64,000 nucleotides of DNA from Camelus dromedarius (GCF_036321535.1 NC_087436.1:39868001-39932000); one strand, 5' to 3'. Numbered from the stretch's first letter, positions 39,241 through 53,302 are shown. Numbers and translations: made by a program. The notes: a model not told the origin generated them from the letters alone.

Positions 39241-41039
39241 CTTTTTGAGTTAGGTGGGAAAGAATAGGAAATAAGGAATACAACAAATGGAAACTGCCAA
39301 TGACACAACCACCAGTTGCACTGGGGGCAGAGATAAAGGGGACGTTTCAAGAGCAAAGGTATCCTGCTTCTGTTTCCATCTTTTCCCGTGAGTCCCACTA
39401 ACACAGGTCTTCCCTGAATGGCAAAAGGGGAGAAGGACAGGAGTCAGGGATGGGTCCCAGCCGTGGTGTGCTCTGCAGCTAACCCAGAGAAGGAGCCACT
39501 GCAAAGAGAAACACCAAGCCCTGTAGATGTAAGAGGAATGTTTCTATCAGCCATTTACTTAAGGTTCCAAGCCCTTCATTTATGTATTTAAAATATGTAT
39601 TAAATACCTTGTGGATGGTGTAGGTCATGAAAAAATAAGACAGATTGCCTGTCCTTAAAGAGGTTCTCAATCTAGCACTACAGATGGCCAACTAAATAGA
39701 AGTCCAGGGTGTGAGGAGAGCACATAGTGAGACCAGGAGGAAGGCAAGGTGGGGAGGATAGGCTCAGGTTGGAAGGACTTAAGTTTGTGACGCTTGTATC
39801 ACTTCAAAAATGCAAAGTCATCATACCTATGGTCGTGGTTGTTTCTAGTAAACTAAAAAGGACTCGTGGAATACTTCCCTCCATAATCCCTTTAACCCAG
39901 TATAATTAGCTTTTGTAGGATGAAACAAGACAAGGGAAAGTTTAAATGTTAAAGAGCATATTTAAGGACTGAGGGGAAATGGAGGAAATCTGTTAGGAAC
40001 TGGTTGAGAGCAGCTGTGAGCATGATTTCAATGCAAGAGAAACTTTTGAATGTCCCTTTCTAGGGGCATGGAACTAAAAGAAAAACTCTATAAATTTCAA
40101 AAATTCAGAAGACTTTTCCTTTTTAAGTGGTCAGTTGCAAGCTATTTTTCCATTTTTCTACATGCCTGTATTCTCAGTATTACACTCTTGTGTTTATAAA
40201 AATGCACCAAAGTCATAGGTTTTACTTGACTTGGGAGTGGTGGTGGTGGGAGGGATCTGTTGGGTTTTTTTCTTCACACAGTCTCTTCCCCAATGTTTGT
40301 TGAGCATTTACGTTTTCTTTTCCACAAAGAGAACAAAATTTGTTAAGTCCCATTATCTATTCAAGCTTTTAAAATCAGATGCCTTTTACCAAAGAAGTGA
40401 GGTTACTGAATATTTTTTCCTAAAGAGAACTGCAGAGCAGAATGTCTTTTGATGCTTGGGCATCAGCAACCCGATAGAAAGTACATTTTCAGGGTCAGGA
40501 AATGCTGCCATTCTTTAGGGTGGCTGCGCTCAGTCCTACACTCTTGCTGGAGTGATACGTAGTGAACTCTAGAGATTCTCGTGAGTGAAAGGATGGTACA
40601 ACCTACTTTTTCAATTGAATAATTCTCTTCCATCCTAGACTGAGAACGATTAAATCCTTATTAGATATCAGAATATGAGCCTTTCAGTTATTTCTTTTCT
40701 GTTTGAAACCTTAGGGAAGGAAAAGTGGGTAGCTCAGCAGTTATGATTCCTTTGCTTGAAACTATAGATCTAATCTTATGTAAATAGAAGGAAGCTTTGA
40801 AAGTAAATAAAACTATTGTATATGATTTTTAAATTCCTAGGTTTTAATTTTTTTAGCATGATAAATGTCAAAACTATTTAATGAAGAAAAAGTAGTATGG
40901 AAGTAGAGATGCTAAAATAATTTAAGAGTTTACAACTTTTTCTTATTCAGTTGTTTACTTATTTCTTTGTTAAAGTATTTTAAAGATCATTGCTTTAGTT
41001 CACTTAATAATCTTATCTGGGTAATCAGAACCTATCAGT

Positions 41040-42310
41040 TTATAGAGAGATTATGTGTCCTCTTTCTGGCTGCATAGTACTCTTTCATATAGGTAGCATA
41101 ATTGATTGTCTTTTGCTTGTTTCTGATTTTCTACTATCAGTAATGAAATTGATGCACTTGGAGTACTGTATTTTAAGAGGTTCATATGTCTTCTAAATAA
41201 ATTCCTAGAAGGATTCTAGAAGTTTGATTGCTGGTTCGAATGCAAATGTCATTTTGGGTTTTACCAAATTCCCCTCCAGTGTTTCTCTGTTTGCCTTGCC
41301 AACATAGTGAGTTGTCAGTTATTTAAATTTCACCACTCACAGGCAAGGAATGATATCACAATATCATTTTCATTCACATTTCTTTTATAAGTAAAGCATT
41401 GCATATTCCATATGTTTATGGAAATATAGTCTCCTAGATTGTCATTTGTATTTTGAATTTACTTATAAGGTTTCTTGCAATGACTTTTAAAAAAAAGTCA
41501 TCATATTTATTAATCCCCTCTCTTATCATTTCTGGATTTGGCATCATAAAGTATTTTCCTTTGTTTTGTTCTAATACTTGTAAATATATATTTTCTTTTG
41601 CATTTAATCACTGATTTATTTGGACTCTCTTTTGGTTGTGATATGAGTTATGAATCCATTTTTGGGGGGGCAGATGTTGCATGTAGTTTTTGGGAAATGC
41701 CTTTTATCAGGTTCAAAATTTACGTTTTATTTATAGTTCACTGAGAGTTATGATGAATGGGTGTGGATTTTGTAAACTGCTTTTGCTGCATCATTTTACA
41801 TGATCATGTGATTTATGTCATTAATATTATGGATTATATAATTTAATTTTTAGATACATCACTAGCCTTATATTCTCAGGAGAAAATTCACTTCATTGTT
41901 AGATTTTTTTTTTTGATTTGATAATATTTTTGAGGAGTTTTGTATTTCTGCTTATGAGATGCTATTATATAGTTTTTTACTTCCCCTCTTCTTGTTGTAT
42001 TGTCTTTTGTCTGTTTTTGGTACCAGGGAAATATTCATTTCATAAAATGAGTTGAAAAGTGTTCCTTTGTGTTTTATTTTCAGGAAGAAGTGGTTTATAA
42101 TTGGTCACAGTTACTCTTTAATGTTTGATGAAATTCTCTATTGAAGCTATCGTAGCTGGAGATTCATTTTTTGAAAGGTTTTTAATTCTAATTTTAGTTT
42201 CTTTAGTAGTTACATTACTGTTCTGGTTATGTATTTCATCTTGGTGAGATTTGGCAGTTTATGAATTTTGACGATTTGGTCCAGTCCATTTATGTTGTCA
42301 ATTTTATGTA
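41040..42310 (-). mobile_element. Old L1 fragments, antisense (3' region 41040-41670; ORF2 segment 41672-42310)
   Basis: gccttttatcaggtt...atgaatgggtgtggattttgtaaactgcttttgctgcatc...cataaaatgagttgaaaagtgttcc antisense ORF2 text. Confidence 0.7.
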
Positions 42311-42312
42311 TG

Positions 42313-43465
42313 TAGGACTTCTTCAACCTGATAATAGATATTAGAAAAAAAACAAAAAACTCAAAGGCAACACTGTATTTAATAGTTTCCTAACTTTGTT
42401 AACCAGTCAATGATAACTACCCTCACAACTTCAGTTGTACTAATGGGTCTGGGCATTGTAAAAAGGCAAGGGAAAAATCTACTTGAAGTGATAAGAGTTC
42501 AACACATCTCAGTATATAACATTAATATACAAAATAATCTTTTTTTAAATACTAAAATAAGTGGAAATTGAAAGAAAAAATTATAATAGCATCAAAAATG
42601 TGAAATATGTTAACAGCAGATATGCCACACTTGTATATCTGAAACTGTAAAACATTTCTAAGGTAAACTTCAGAAGAAGTAAATAATTGAAGAGATATAC
42701 CATATTCATGGACCAGAGAAAAACAAATTGCTAAGATTTTTTGTTGCAAATTTATCTGTTGAGTTACAGCAAATCCAATCAAAATCCAAGCAGACTTTTT
42801 TTTAGTGGAATTGTCAATGATTTTAGAATATATATGAAAATGATTGTGGAGCTAAATGTAAAACCTACAACTCTAAAATTTCTAGAAGAAAACATAGAAT
42901 AAATTGTTTGGCTTAGAGTTTTCTTAGGACACCAAAAGAATGAATCATAAAAGAAAAAAATGATAAATTTTGCTGCATCAGAATTAAAAACTATTTTCAA
43001 AAACATTAAAAAAAATGAAACAATTGTCTAGAGGCTGGGAAAAAATATTTGTAAACGTATTTCCAAAAGATTTGTAATTGGCATATAACAAGAACTCTCA
43101 AAGCTCAACAATTAGAAAGCAATTAATTCATTTAAAAAAAAATCACCAAAAACCTTATACAGACACTGAGCCAAAAAAGAAAAATGGCAGACAAATAAAC
43201 ACACAAAAAGGATGCTTATCATTATTAATCATCAGGAATGTGTATATTAAAATACAATGAGATACTATTAAACACCTAAAGACCAAAACAACAACTGAGA
43301 ATACCAACAGCTGAAAAGTTGCAAGGTGAAAATGCAAAATTGTACAGCCATGAACATAAACCATACAACTGAGAGGTCTCACGCTTAGATATTTACCTGA
43401 GAGAAATAAAAACCTATGTCTATACAAAGACTAATTTTTATAGCAGCTTTATTCATAATCAACAA
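42313..43465 (+). mobile_element. L1 ORF2 3' half, sense
   Basis: cttcttcaacctgataa...gaagagatataccatattcatgga...ctaaatgtaaaacctacaactctaaaatttctagaagaaaacatag...tttatagcagctttattcataat. Confidence 0.85.
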
Positions 43466-43472
43466 CATTTTG

Positions 43473-43915
43473 TGTATTTATTATCAATTGATGTGTAACA
43501 AATTACCTTAAACAGTGTTTTAGAACAAAAATGGTTACTATCTTACTTTTTTTGTAGGTCAGGAATTCAGGAGTGGCTTACCTAGGTGGTTCTAGCTTGG
43601 ATCTTTCTTGTGGTTTCAGTCAAGGTATTGGCCAGGATGTTGTCACCTGGAGTATTAACTGGAGATGATGGATAGACCTCCATTATGGCTTCCTCACACA
43701 GCTGTCCAGCTGGTGTTGGGTGTTGGCAAAAGGCCTTAGTTCCTTACCTTGAGGCCTTCTCCGTAGGGATACTAAGGGATACTAGAATATCCTCATTGCA
43801 TGTCAACTGAGGAAGATGGACCAGGTGATTAAAAAAAAAACAAAAAAAAAAAACGAAAGTGGGAAACAAGTTATCTTCCCTGCATCTTAACTCATTTATG
43901 ACCATATTATTCTTT
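43473..43915 (-). mobile_element. MLT1-type MaLR LTR
   Basis: gtgtaacaaattacc...gtaggtcaggaattcaggagtggcttacctaggtggttctagctt...gtcaaggtattggccagg. Confidence 0.8.
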
Positions 43916-44439
43916 GAGTTAGCAACATGCATCAGGAATCTGCTATGTACTGCAAACCCTGCTAGATGGTGGAAATAGCAAAATAAATGAGACACAGCTC
44001 CTGCCTTTAAGTACTTTCTAGTATGGTGGGGAAAGATGGCATATAAACAAAAGAAATAAAACAGAGTTCTTAAAATACACCTTTATACATTTATTAACTG
44101 TATCTGTTTTTATAAAATTATTTATCAGTGCAGTAAGCACATAATGTGGTTCCTTTTTAAAAAGTAAACACCAAAATATTATTTAATTAGCATAAAAGTT
44201 TTAGTTTTTCTACAGATATTTCAAAATCATTTCAAACACATTTATAATTTTACTGTGGAAATTTAGAATTTAATATGCAGTAAAAATTCATATTGTTAGT
44301 ATTGGAAGTTCTCATTATAATAAGTTTGTTTTTCCATCTCCATGGAAGTCAGGAATATCTTGAACAGCAATCTCTAAACATAATGGGAAAATAATCTGTG
44401 AAATTTTATGGTAGTTCCTTTGTATTTCCCTATAATTAA

Positions 44440-45020
44440 AAAAAATACATTTGTTAAACTATAATATACATGTGGAAAAATACAATTATTGTAATTGTAA
44501 TTTAAGGAATTTTTCCAAACCAAACAACCTGTGTCACCGGCCCCTTACAGATGAAGAAACAGAATATTATCAATACCCAACAGCACCCCGTGCCCTCTTC
44601 AGATTACTTCACCTCCCTGAGGAAAACCTTACCCTGAATTCTACTGGTGTAGGTTAGTTTTGTTTGTTTTTGATCTTTATATAAATAAAGTTATATTGTG
44701 TGTACTCTTGTTCTAGCCATTGTCATTTAACATTAGGTTTGTGAGATTCATTCCTGGGCTACATAGGGTTTTAGATCGTCAATTCTCATTTCTGTGTATT
44801 CTTTGTGCAAAAACACAATTTATCAGTTCTATTCTTGTGGGCATTTTGAGTAGTTTCAACATTGGAGATGCAGCAAAGAGTACTGCTATAAACATTTGAT
44901 TGCATGTTTTTTTGGTGCACATTTCTGCTAGGCATAAACCTAGTAATAAAATTGCTATGTCTTAGGACAGGTAAATGTTCAGATTTAGTGCTAAAAAGTT
45001 TTCCAAAGTTGTTATTATAT
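44440..45020 (-). mobile_element. Ancient L1 (L1ME-like) 3' end
   Basis: ttttgatctttatataaat...tttgtgagattcatt...ctgctataaacatt...ttttccaaagttgtt. Confidence 0.7.
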
Positions 45021-45399
45021 ATAGTATATTTTTAAAAATTTCCTCTTGTTTGCTTCTTACACTTTTCCACCAAAATGCCAAGCAAGCATGATAGAGCAAA
45101 TACAGGGACAGCCCAAGGTAACCTAAGAGAAGAGAATTTCTTTGAAATCCTACAAATTTATATGAGCTTTATTTCTTATTTTTTCATTTGTCTGAGTTTA
45201 TTTTTTTAAGGTAAAATTAGTGATCATTTACAGTATTTAGTATCTCTCCAAAATGTGAGTAAAATTGCATGTCCTTAAAGAGTCATTGTCCCAAGAGAGT
45301 TACTGTACCTCATCTGGTATACCGTCTCCTACCCATAGGGAGAGCCCAATCGAGAAGCATGGGGGTAGATTAATACAAGGATATAGTTAAGTGCAAAAT

Positions 45400-45860
45400 G
45401 GGGCTAATGTTTCTTGAGTGTCTACTGTGTGATAGTCATTGACTGGGTGTAGCATGTTTGTAATCTCATTTACCCTTCATCAGACAAATCTTCATGAGAT
45501 GGATATTGTTATCCTCATTTTTATAAATAAAAAAAATAATAAGATATGTAGGTAGGTGTATCTGATCTGTTGAGTTTGCATAGCTTATCAGGTTTTAGTC
45601 ATGGGAATTTTCACTGTGTTTTGTATGGGAAGGAGTGGGAGAGGGGACAGAACATGTGCTTGAAAGTGTCCAGAACTAGATTTAAAAGACCAGGGTTTAG
45701 AGTTGGCTGTGTTGCATAAGACTTAAATCCTTCTGAGTTTCATTTATCTTTACATGAAAATATTAGATAATATTATCTTCTCTCCCTACTTGCCTGAGTT
45801 TTTGTGAGAATAACACATGAAAAAAGATCAAAATGAAATGTCAAAATGTTAAACAAATTA
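45400..45860. mobile_element. Two MIR fragments in opposite orientation
   Basis: Antisense core attgttatcctcatttttata (~45504) and sense core ctgagtttcatttatctttacatgaaaa (~45733). Confidence 0.6.
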
Positions 45861-45889
45861 AAGTACTCAGCCTAATGTGAAAAGATTGT

Positions 45890-46697
45890 TAACATCAGAG
45901 AAATGCAAATTAAAACCACAATGAGATAATCATCTCACAACTGTCAGATGGCTATCATCAAAAAGACCACAAATAGCAAATGTTGCTGAAGATGTGGAGA
46001 AAAGAGAACCCCTGTTGTTGGTGAGAATGTAAATTGGTGTAGTCACCAGGGAAACAGTATGGAGTTTTCTCAAAAATGGAAAATGACCCAGCAACTCCAC
46101 TCCTAGGTATTTATCTGAAAAAATCAAGAACATTAATTTGAAAAGATATATGCACCCCAATGTTTATAGCGGCATTATTTATAATTGCCAAGATATGGAA
46201 ACAACCTAAGTGTTCATCAACAGATGAATGGATAAAGGTGACATGGTATATTTATATACAATAGAATATTAATCAGCCATAAAAAAGAATGAAATGTTGC
46301 CATTTGCAACAACATGGATGGATTTGGAAGGTATGCTAAGTGAAATAAATCAGACAGAGAAAGATAAATACTGTATGGTATCACTTATGTGTGAAATCTA
46401 AAAAATACAACAAACTAGTGACTATAACTAAAAAGAAGCTGACTCACAGATACAGAGAACAAACTGTGGTTACCAGTGTGGAGAGGGAAAGGGGGAGGAG
46501 AAATATAGGGGTAGGGGACGATGAGGTACAAACTATTATGCCTAAAATGAGCTAGAAGAATATATTGTACAACAAGGTAATGTAGCCAATATTTTATAAT
46601 AACTGTAAATGGAGTATAACCTTTAAAAATTGTGAATCAGTATGTTGTACACCTGTAACTTTTATAATGTTGTACATCAACTCTACTTCAATTAAAA
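45890..46697 (+). mobile_element. LINE-1 3' end (ORF2 C-terminus + 3'UTR)
   Basis: catcagagaaatgcaaattaaaaccacaatgagat...aagatatggaaacaacctaagtgttcatcaacagatgaatggataaag...tacatcaactctacttcaattaaaa. Confidence 0.92.
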
Positions 46698-47379
46698 TGT
46701 GTATTAAAACATTAATGATTAAACAGAGGCCAGTTAAACCCTTTGAGCTATTGTGACAACTATAAAAAGAATGAACTCCACACACATTTTGGGAAAAAGT
46801 TCACAAGAGACACTGTACTTTCCAGTTTCATCCACAAGCATAAACAAGAAATTATCAAGAATAAATGATGTTTTCCCTGTGTTTTTAACAGTGGCTTCTA
46901 AAAATAAAAATAGCATTTGTATTTTCACTTGAAAATAAATTCTCTCGTTTTAGAAAATCTTCAATTCTTGACAAAACTGTATGACTAGGGGAAATTGCCT
47001 TCCCCTCTTTTTCTCAGTTTCTGAATCTTTAAAGTGAAGGGAAAGGTAACTAGAAAAGAACAAAGTTCTGCGTTTTCTTTTGGTACAATTTATATTTCTG
47101 ATAATTATGTCTGCAAAGAGGCAGTTGAAGTGGGAGTGACTTGGGAGTGCTACCTATCCTAGTCTTAAAGAAAGTCACATTTGCATGTCAGTTCATGTTA
47201 GAGAATTAAAAATTAAGAAATACTTGCAGGAGGAAGTATTTCTTAGAAATAGAATTAACTACAAGTTTCTTTTTATAAGGAGAATAATTGGTTTGCTTAT
47301 AAAAAGAAATATCCTAAAGTGACAGCTTATTTATCTACATAGATAAGTCTTTCTTCTAGATCTGGGAAAACTGCAGAAT

Positions 47380-47830
47380 ATCATAAATCAATTCTTGCTA
47401 AAAATCTTCAATGCAGTTCTGTATAGGATAACACCCAAACTCTTCAGCAAGGCATATTAGCCTCTTGATCAGTTTTCCACCCATCATTTTCAACCTTCCG
47501 TCCTAAAGCTCATCCACATCTTCCTCCTACGGTGTTGCTGAAAAAGCTGTGTGATGCTGCCTTGGGAATCAGATTTTGCTGCTTCCTTTGCCTGCAAGCT
47601 GTTCTCTGCTCACTCACTTCTCAAAAGCTCATTTTAGACAACCTCTCCTCTGGGAAGACATTCTTCTTTTTATTTCCTCCATAGATTATAAGCATTGGGC
47701 TTTGCTCCATTTACTTTGAATTACCCATGCATTGTATAGTGCTTGGCACATAGTTGACATATATAAATATGATAAATTTATATATTTGATAGATACATGA
47801 ATTATCACTGAATACATTGATAAATACATG
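47380..47830 (+). mobile_element. LINE-2 3' fragment
   Basis: aatcttcaatg...aggataacacccaaactcttcagcaaggcat...acctctcctctgggaag...tagtgcttggcacatag. Confidence 0.6.
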
Positions 47831-48690
47831 AATATTTTCATTAAATAATGTTGGCATAATAAATAACATTTAGGAACTCTTTAATGAATTTCACATGACT
47901 TTGAATGTGAGTTTCCTAGAAGTGACATTGCTTTATCCCCGATTACATGCTATATCCATTTATATTTAAATTTCACATTATTAAAGAATAATCTGTAGTA
48001 GAAATACTAATCTCCAGTGATTTTTACACAGGTCAACATACTTTTATAAACACCAATGTTAAAAATAAAATGCAATTCTTTATTAGGCACCAAATGACTA
48101 AAGGTAAAGGTCTTTTTTTTTTTGATATGACTAAGTGACAACACTACATTTACTAAAATGATAGCTCGTGAGATAACATCATTTTTTCCTTCAGTGATTT
48201 GATTTTTTTACTTTAACAAAAATTGGCAAAAGCTAATGTGGATTTAACTAAATTAAAGATTCAATTTGATCATGAACATCTGGGAGTACAATGCACAGGG
48301 TTAGTTACGTGCTTCCAGAAAGAGAAAAAAGGGAGTAATTATGAAAAAAATATTTTAAGGAGTAAAGAAATATTTTTAAATGAAGATCTTTTCAACCTTT
48401 TGGTCTTTGTTTTAGTGAAGTTATTTTACTTAATTTACCGTTATTCTTTTTTTTTAACATTTTTTATTGAAATTTACCCTTATTCTTAAATAAACTTATC
48501 CACACACACTATGTATTGAAAAAAATCAAATCAAATGTCTAAGTACATTGTTATCGATTAATATCTGAGAGCATCTGAGTAAGATGTGTTCCTACTTTTT
48601 AAGAAAGATAATACCTAAACATTGTGCTACAGTTTGATAATGCTTTAGACACAGAATTAAAACAATAAGCACAGGCTATACATTTTAGTA

Positions 48691-48907
48691 CTGTTGATTC
48701 TTGTCCAATGTGTTTGAACTGCAAGGATCTGCTTATATGTGGATTTTTTTCAATAGTGCATACTGTGGTTAATACACAATGCTGTGGTTGGTTGAATCTG
48801 TGGATGTAGAACTACCGTATGGAGGGCTGACTGTAAAGTTATATGCTTATTTTTCTACTGCATAATGGTCAGGACCCCTAACCTCCCCATTGCTCAAGGG
48901 TCAACTG
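48691..48907. mobile_element. MER8 (TcMar-Tigger MITE)
   Basis: TA TSDs; ends ctgttgattcttg / caagggtcaactg; internal ggttggttgaatctgtggatgtagaac...ggagggctgactgtaaagttata. Confidence 0.88.
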
Positions 48908-49789
48908 TATTTATTAATGGCAACATTAATTTTGAATGCCAATGACAAATTTCTCTGAAGTACTGTTTAAAAAAAACGACATAGAATATAGTGCATTTGC
49001 AACTCATCAAAGTTTTATCATGCTAAATATATTTGGAACTTATTATCATATTTCCTGTTCTTATTTTCCATGAGTGATTACAGTCTGTTCTCCCCCAGAA
49101 CTCCTTAAGAGACTTTGGTAAAGTACTGACACAGAAGAAATAAATTATGTACTTTGAGATGTTCACAATATGTTCAGGAACTTCTCCTAAACTCTTAGCC
49201 AGACAGTATGCTTGAGAATTGAAGTTACCTTTAGTGTTTGTTAGTTCTGATGAAAACAGAGAGAATTTTACTCAGAAATTTAGCAATTATTTAAGACTTC
49301 TGAAGAAGGTGAGGCTAAGTAGGAAATGGATGCAGGCACATTCATGATTGAAATGTTGCTCTTGGGAAAAAGAGAACAGACAGAAAAGCTTTTAAGTCCA
49401 ACTTAGTGAAATAGTAGCAGAGATTTTCAATTCTTATTTTAAAGTTCAGTATCTGATATAAACATAGCCCCATACTCATTAAGCATAAATCCAATACGAT
49501 AATTATATAATGGAGCTGTATGGAGTACTGTGCAAAGTCTTGGGGTTAGATAAAATAGTTTAATCTTTAGCAAAGTAATATATGTGCATAGTAAAGATTA
49601 AATGTTCAGAAGAGCTTATTGTGAAATAAGAAACCTCTCTATCCTCTCTTCCTTAATAATTGTCTTATTCCCTGTAGGTACTTGCAAACATTTTCCATCG
49701 TTATTTTAGTATGAACTGATATAACTCTATTATGTTTAAACAGTTTATTTACCACCTATAGATCATGATGGATGCTGTTTTTATGCCTT

Positions 49790-50200
49790 TCTCAAAGCTC
49801 TTGCTTTTTATTTTGTCTAAATTTCTCTGCTCAGCATATCTTTCCTTAAATGTCCTGTCTTTACATCATTTCACTCAGACTTCTGTTCAAATGTCACCAC
49901 AATTGAAAAGCTGATATGTCTAAAATAGCTCTCCTCCTCAATGATTCACTTTTCCTGATCGTACTTACCATTGCCTGACGTAAACTTGTTGCATGTCTAT
50001 TTATTGTCTATCTATTCCACTTGTAAGTTCTGTAACGGAGGCTATCTTTTTTGCTTATTGGTGTCTCGAGTGCTTAGAACAGTGTCAGCCACATTGTAAG
50101 AACTCATTAAATAACTGTTAATTAAATCAATGAGTACAGTGCTTAGAATAATGCCAGACATGTAATGTTATTCATTAATGTTGGCTAATAATAATAATTA
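49790..50200 (+). mobile_element. LINE-2 3' end followed by a MIR tail
   Basis: ctgttcaaatgtcacc...gtgcttagaacagtgtcagccaca...ctcattaaataactgtt, then gtgcttagaataatgccagacatgtaa. Confidence 0.65.
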
Positions 50201-50529
50201 TAAAATAAAATTTATAAACTCAAAAATGTTTGTAACATTTTTATTATAGGGATATCAGTTTTATTAAAATACCAGATGAGCTTCAGATAATCAAATCTAC
50301 AAATGCTATTTATTTTTGAAATCTAGTAGATGTGATTTGTGTTTATATGTGAGTTATGTCTTTATCTTTGTAGCTTTTATAGTAATGTTAATTGTGGAAA
50401 CATAGTGAATAAAATGTCTTTTAATCATTAAAGCAGTACAGAATACCTAGTCCTGAAAGATAAAGGGTACATAGAAATATGTTACAAAGAAAACCACTAA
50501 ATTTATATTGTATAATATATGTTTAACAA

Positions 50530-50930
50530 ACTTTTATTTTGGAATAATTTCAGATCTGTAGAAAAGTTGCAAGGATGGTATAGAGAGTTTCTGTATACCC
50601 TTCACCTCGCTTCTACCAAATGATAATATTTTACATAACCATTTGTCAAAACTAAGAAATTAACATGACTCCAATACAATTAACTAAACTATAGACTTTA
50701 TTTAGATTTTTCCAGTTTTTCCACTAGTTGTCGTTTTTCTGTTCTAACATCCAATCCAGGATATTCCATTGCATTTAATCCTGACGTCTCCTTTTTCTCC
50801 TCCAGTCCATGATCATTTCTCTGTTTTGCTTGTTTCTCATGACCTTGACAATTGTAAAGAGTCAGGTATTTTTTAGAACTTTTGTTTGATATTTTCTTGT
50901 GGTTAATCTAGGGTTACGGATTTGGGGCAG
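50530..50930 (-). mobile_element. L1MC-like 3' end
   Basis: ttttattttggaataatttcaga...gaaaagttgcaa...tttgtcaaaactaagaaattaac...tccaatccaggatattccattgcattt. Confidence 0.8.
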
Positions 50931-52159
50931 GTAATATATCTTACTTAACATGCTAAACATATTAAAGAAGTTATCTAGATAGCAGTCCTAGTATAATTGT
51001 AAGCTTACTAAAGGACCATTTAGATTTTTTTTTTAATTCCTGTTTCCTAAGGGTCAGTGAATTCTTTTCACGTCAATCAACAGCACACCTGAATTGGGAA
51101 TATATTTTTTATTTAAAATATAGATCTGCTTTATGTCTGAAAGTTCTCTTGGGTCCAGATTTAAGCAATGGGTATTATCTTTACATTGGCATTGATGTTT
51201 GCCAGTGGTCCTTTGAAAGAAAGAGTTGCAGCTGCTGCTTGTTTTATTCCTCCTCTTCCTCTCCCCCTCCTCCTCTTCTTTCTTTTTTATATTAGGCAAT
51301 TGCTGTAATTTTCGTAAACTCTACACAGCCTTAAGATTTAGTGAAATATACTTCATTATAACCTCCCACATGCTTTCTATTTTGAATAAAATTCTTTGCT
51401 GCAATAACCAGCATTGATAAAGATAATTCTTACGTGACAGTTTATTTGTTCATTTCCACCGTAGGTGTGTTTTTCTCAAGATTCTATTTTTAAGATGTCG
51501 TGTTCTTGAAAATGTGTCTCCTCATTCAATTTATACGTTTGGAGCTTCTCATATTCCCTAGCTGAGGTAGATAACATTAACTGACCTACGCAGTCTCTTC
51601 CAGGATGTCTATTGTCTTCACCTCCTGAAGATACTGTTAGGCTACTCAGAGTGCTTGTCTCCTATCTCCTCACCACAACAGCTTGCCAAGTGGCCATGAC
51701 GAATTCTGTAATAAATCATAATTCACAAACAAAATGTGTCTAAGTTAGTAAGAGTATCAATTTGTCAGCTGGAATTGTAAGAAAAATTAAAGTAAGAAAA
51801 TAAAACCTTCAAGAGGTTTTTAAGGGATTTTTTTTAAGAGATTAGGGCTAGAAATTCATAGTTAAGGAGACGCACACACAATTTGGTCAAGACAAAACAG
51901 GAAGTGAAAAATGGTTAATTGTGAGCACTTGTTGGTAACTATAAAAAACATGTATTCATATTTTATCATGCTTTTGATTATTACATGTTTTTAATTTTGT
52001 CATATTATAGGTTTTTAATATGGGACTTGTTCAAAAGCACTTTCTTGGCTAGGGTGAAAGGCAACTCATCTGAATATCATATGATATTCATACGATATCA
52101 AATAATAATTTGCTATTAAAATAAAAATAACAATGAACACTAATATGGTGCATACCATG

Positions 52160-52610
52160 TACAGAGACTAAAGTTGAGGGGATAGGAAGAACAAGTTCCC
52201 CAAGGGAGGCAATATGAATTTATAATAAGAGGGAACTGTCTATGTTTAACCCATGGTTTCCAGTTTCACATTTTATACCTGTTAGGGACACAGCCCCATA
52301 TAATGCTTGTTGATATAGGGTGTATTCTGTGTCATGTGGATGGACCACAACCTCTCAAGTTCTCACTCCCAAGCCGATGCCTCGATTGTACCTTCAAAAA
52401 GCCTTTCAATGGCTCTATCAGGCTGGCAGCTCCTGAACAGTATGATATGTGATGAAGGCAGTGAATCCAGTGGGAATGTGCCCACTGTCACACCTCCTTT
52501 GCTCTACAATGAGTGCCTTGTTCCTATGCAGGATTATATGGGGTCCTGTCTATGGATCAGACACTGTGCTTTTGGAGAGAGGTGCTGGCTGAGGCTCTAC
52601 TGGCAGCTGT
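52160..52610 (-). mobile_element. ERVL-class integrase core remnant
   Basis: My minus-strand translation ...EQGTHCRAKEV*QWAHSHWIHCLHHISYCSGAASLIEPLKGFLKVQ...LGSENLRGCG aligns with ERVL integrase DQGTHFTAKEVRQWAHAHGIHWSYHVPHHPEAAGLIERWNGLLKSQ; contains stops. Confidence 0.85.
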
Positions 52611-52869
52611 GCACAGAATGCAATCACTTTTAGTGTCCAAAAATTTTGAAGCAGTAAGTTTTTTCAAGATCTAATAAGCCATATTACTAGAAACGGACAC
52701 TGCCTGGGTCTTTGAAAAAAAATAATAAAATAGATCATCAGTTAGCTATTCTAAACATGATATAAAGTGTAATCTATGTGCATTTATATACAAATCAAGA
52801 TAGTGAGGAGATATAAAAGAAAACTAAAACTTCATCTCCAGATTGCACTTAGATCCATTCCCTAAATTT

Positions 52870-53302
52870 TCTAGTTCTGCTCTGTACCAGTGGGAATGAT
52901 GTTTTTCTAGCTCCCTGGTGGTCTTTCCCAATGGAAAATCCAGGATATTTCTGACTACCGCATTCAGACAGTGCTTTAGAAGGCATCCACATCTTCTCTG
53001 TGATTCTAACGCTCACTGAGCAGTCCCTCCCTGTCATGGTCTTTGCTTCCCCCAGGCCTCTCCTGCTGGTTTCTTGTTCTCACTTTACAGCCCTGGTTTG
53101 TGGGCTCTGGTGACAGTACCTGTTTCCTCTGTCCCTCTAGGGTAGCAGCTTCCTGCTACCGCTTTCTTTGGGGTTCCTTACTGTCTTCTGTTTAGCCATT
53201 CAGCTTTTCCATCACTTATAAAACCAATTCCCTATATTAAATGTCCTCTATTTGAATACCTAGAGTGGTTTCTGTTCTCCTGACTACTAGCTAACATGAA
53301 TA
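52870..53302 (+). mobile_element. Old ERVL-class LTR
   Basis: 3' end ccaattccctatattaaatgtcctctatttgaatacctagagtggtttctgttctcctgact typical of old ERVL LTRs. Confidence 0.6.

Noticed and set aside
39260..39530. GC-richer patch, possible old LTR or regulatory element
   Set aside because: I could not identify termini, family or convincing motifs.
40493..40586. Possible + strand exon (cag|...|gtgagt)
   Set aside because: Short pyrimidine tract, weak exonic donor context, stops in all three frames.
47214..47245. 12-bp stem, 8-nt loop hairpin
   Set aside because: AT-rich stem within chance expectation; bacterial terminator logic does not apply to mammalian DNA.
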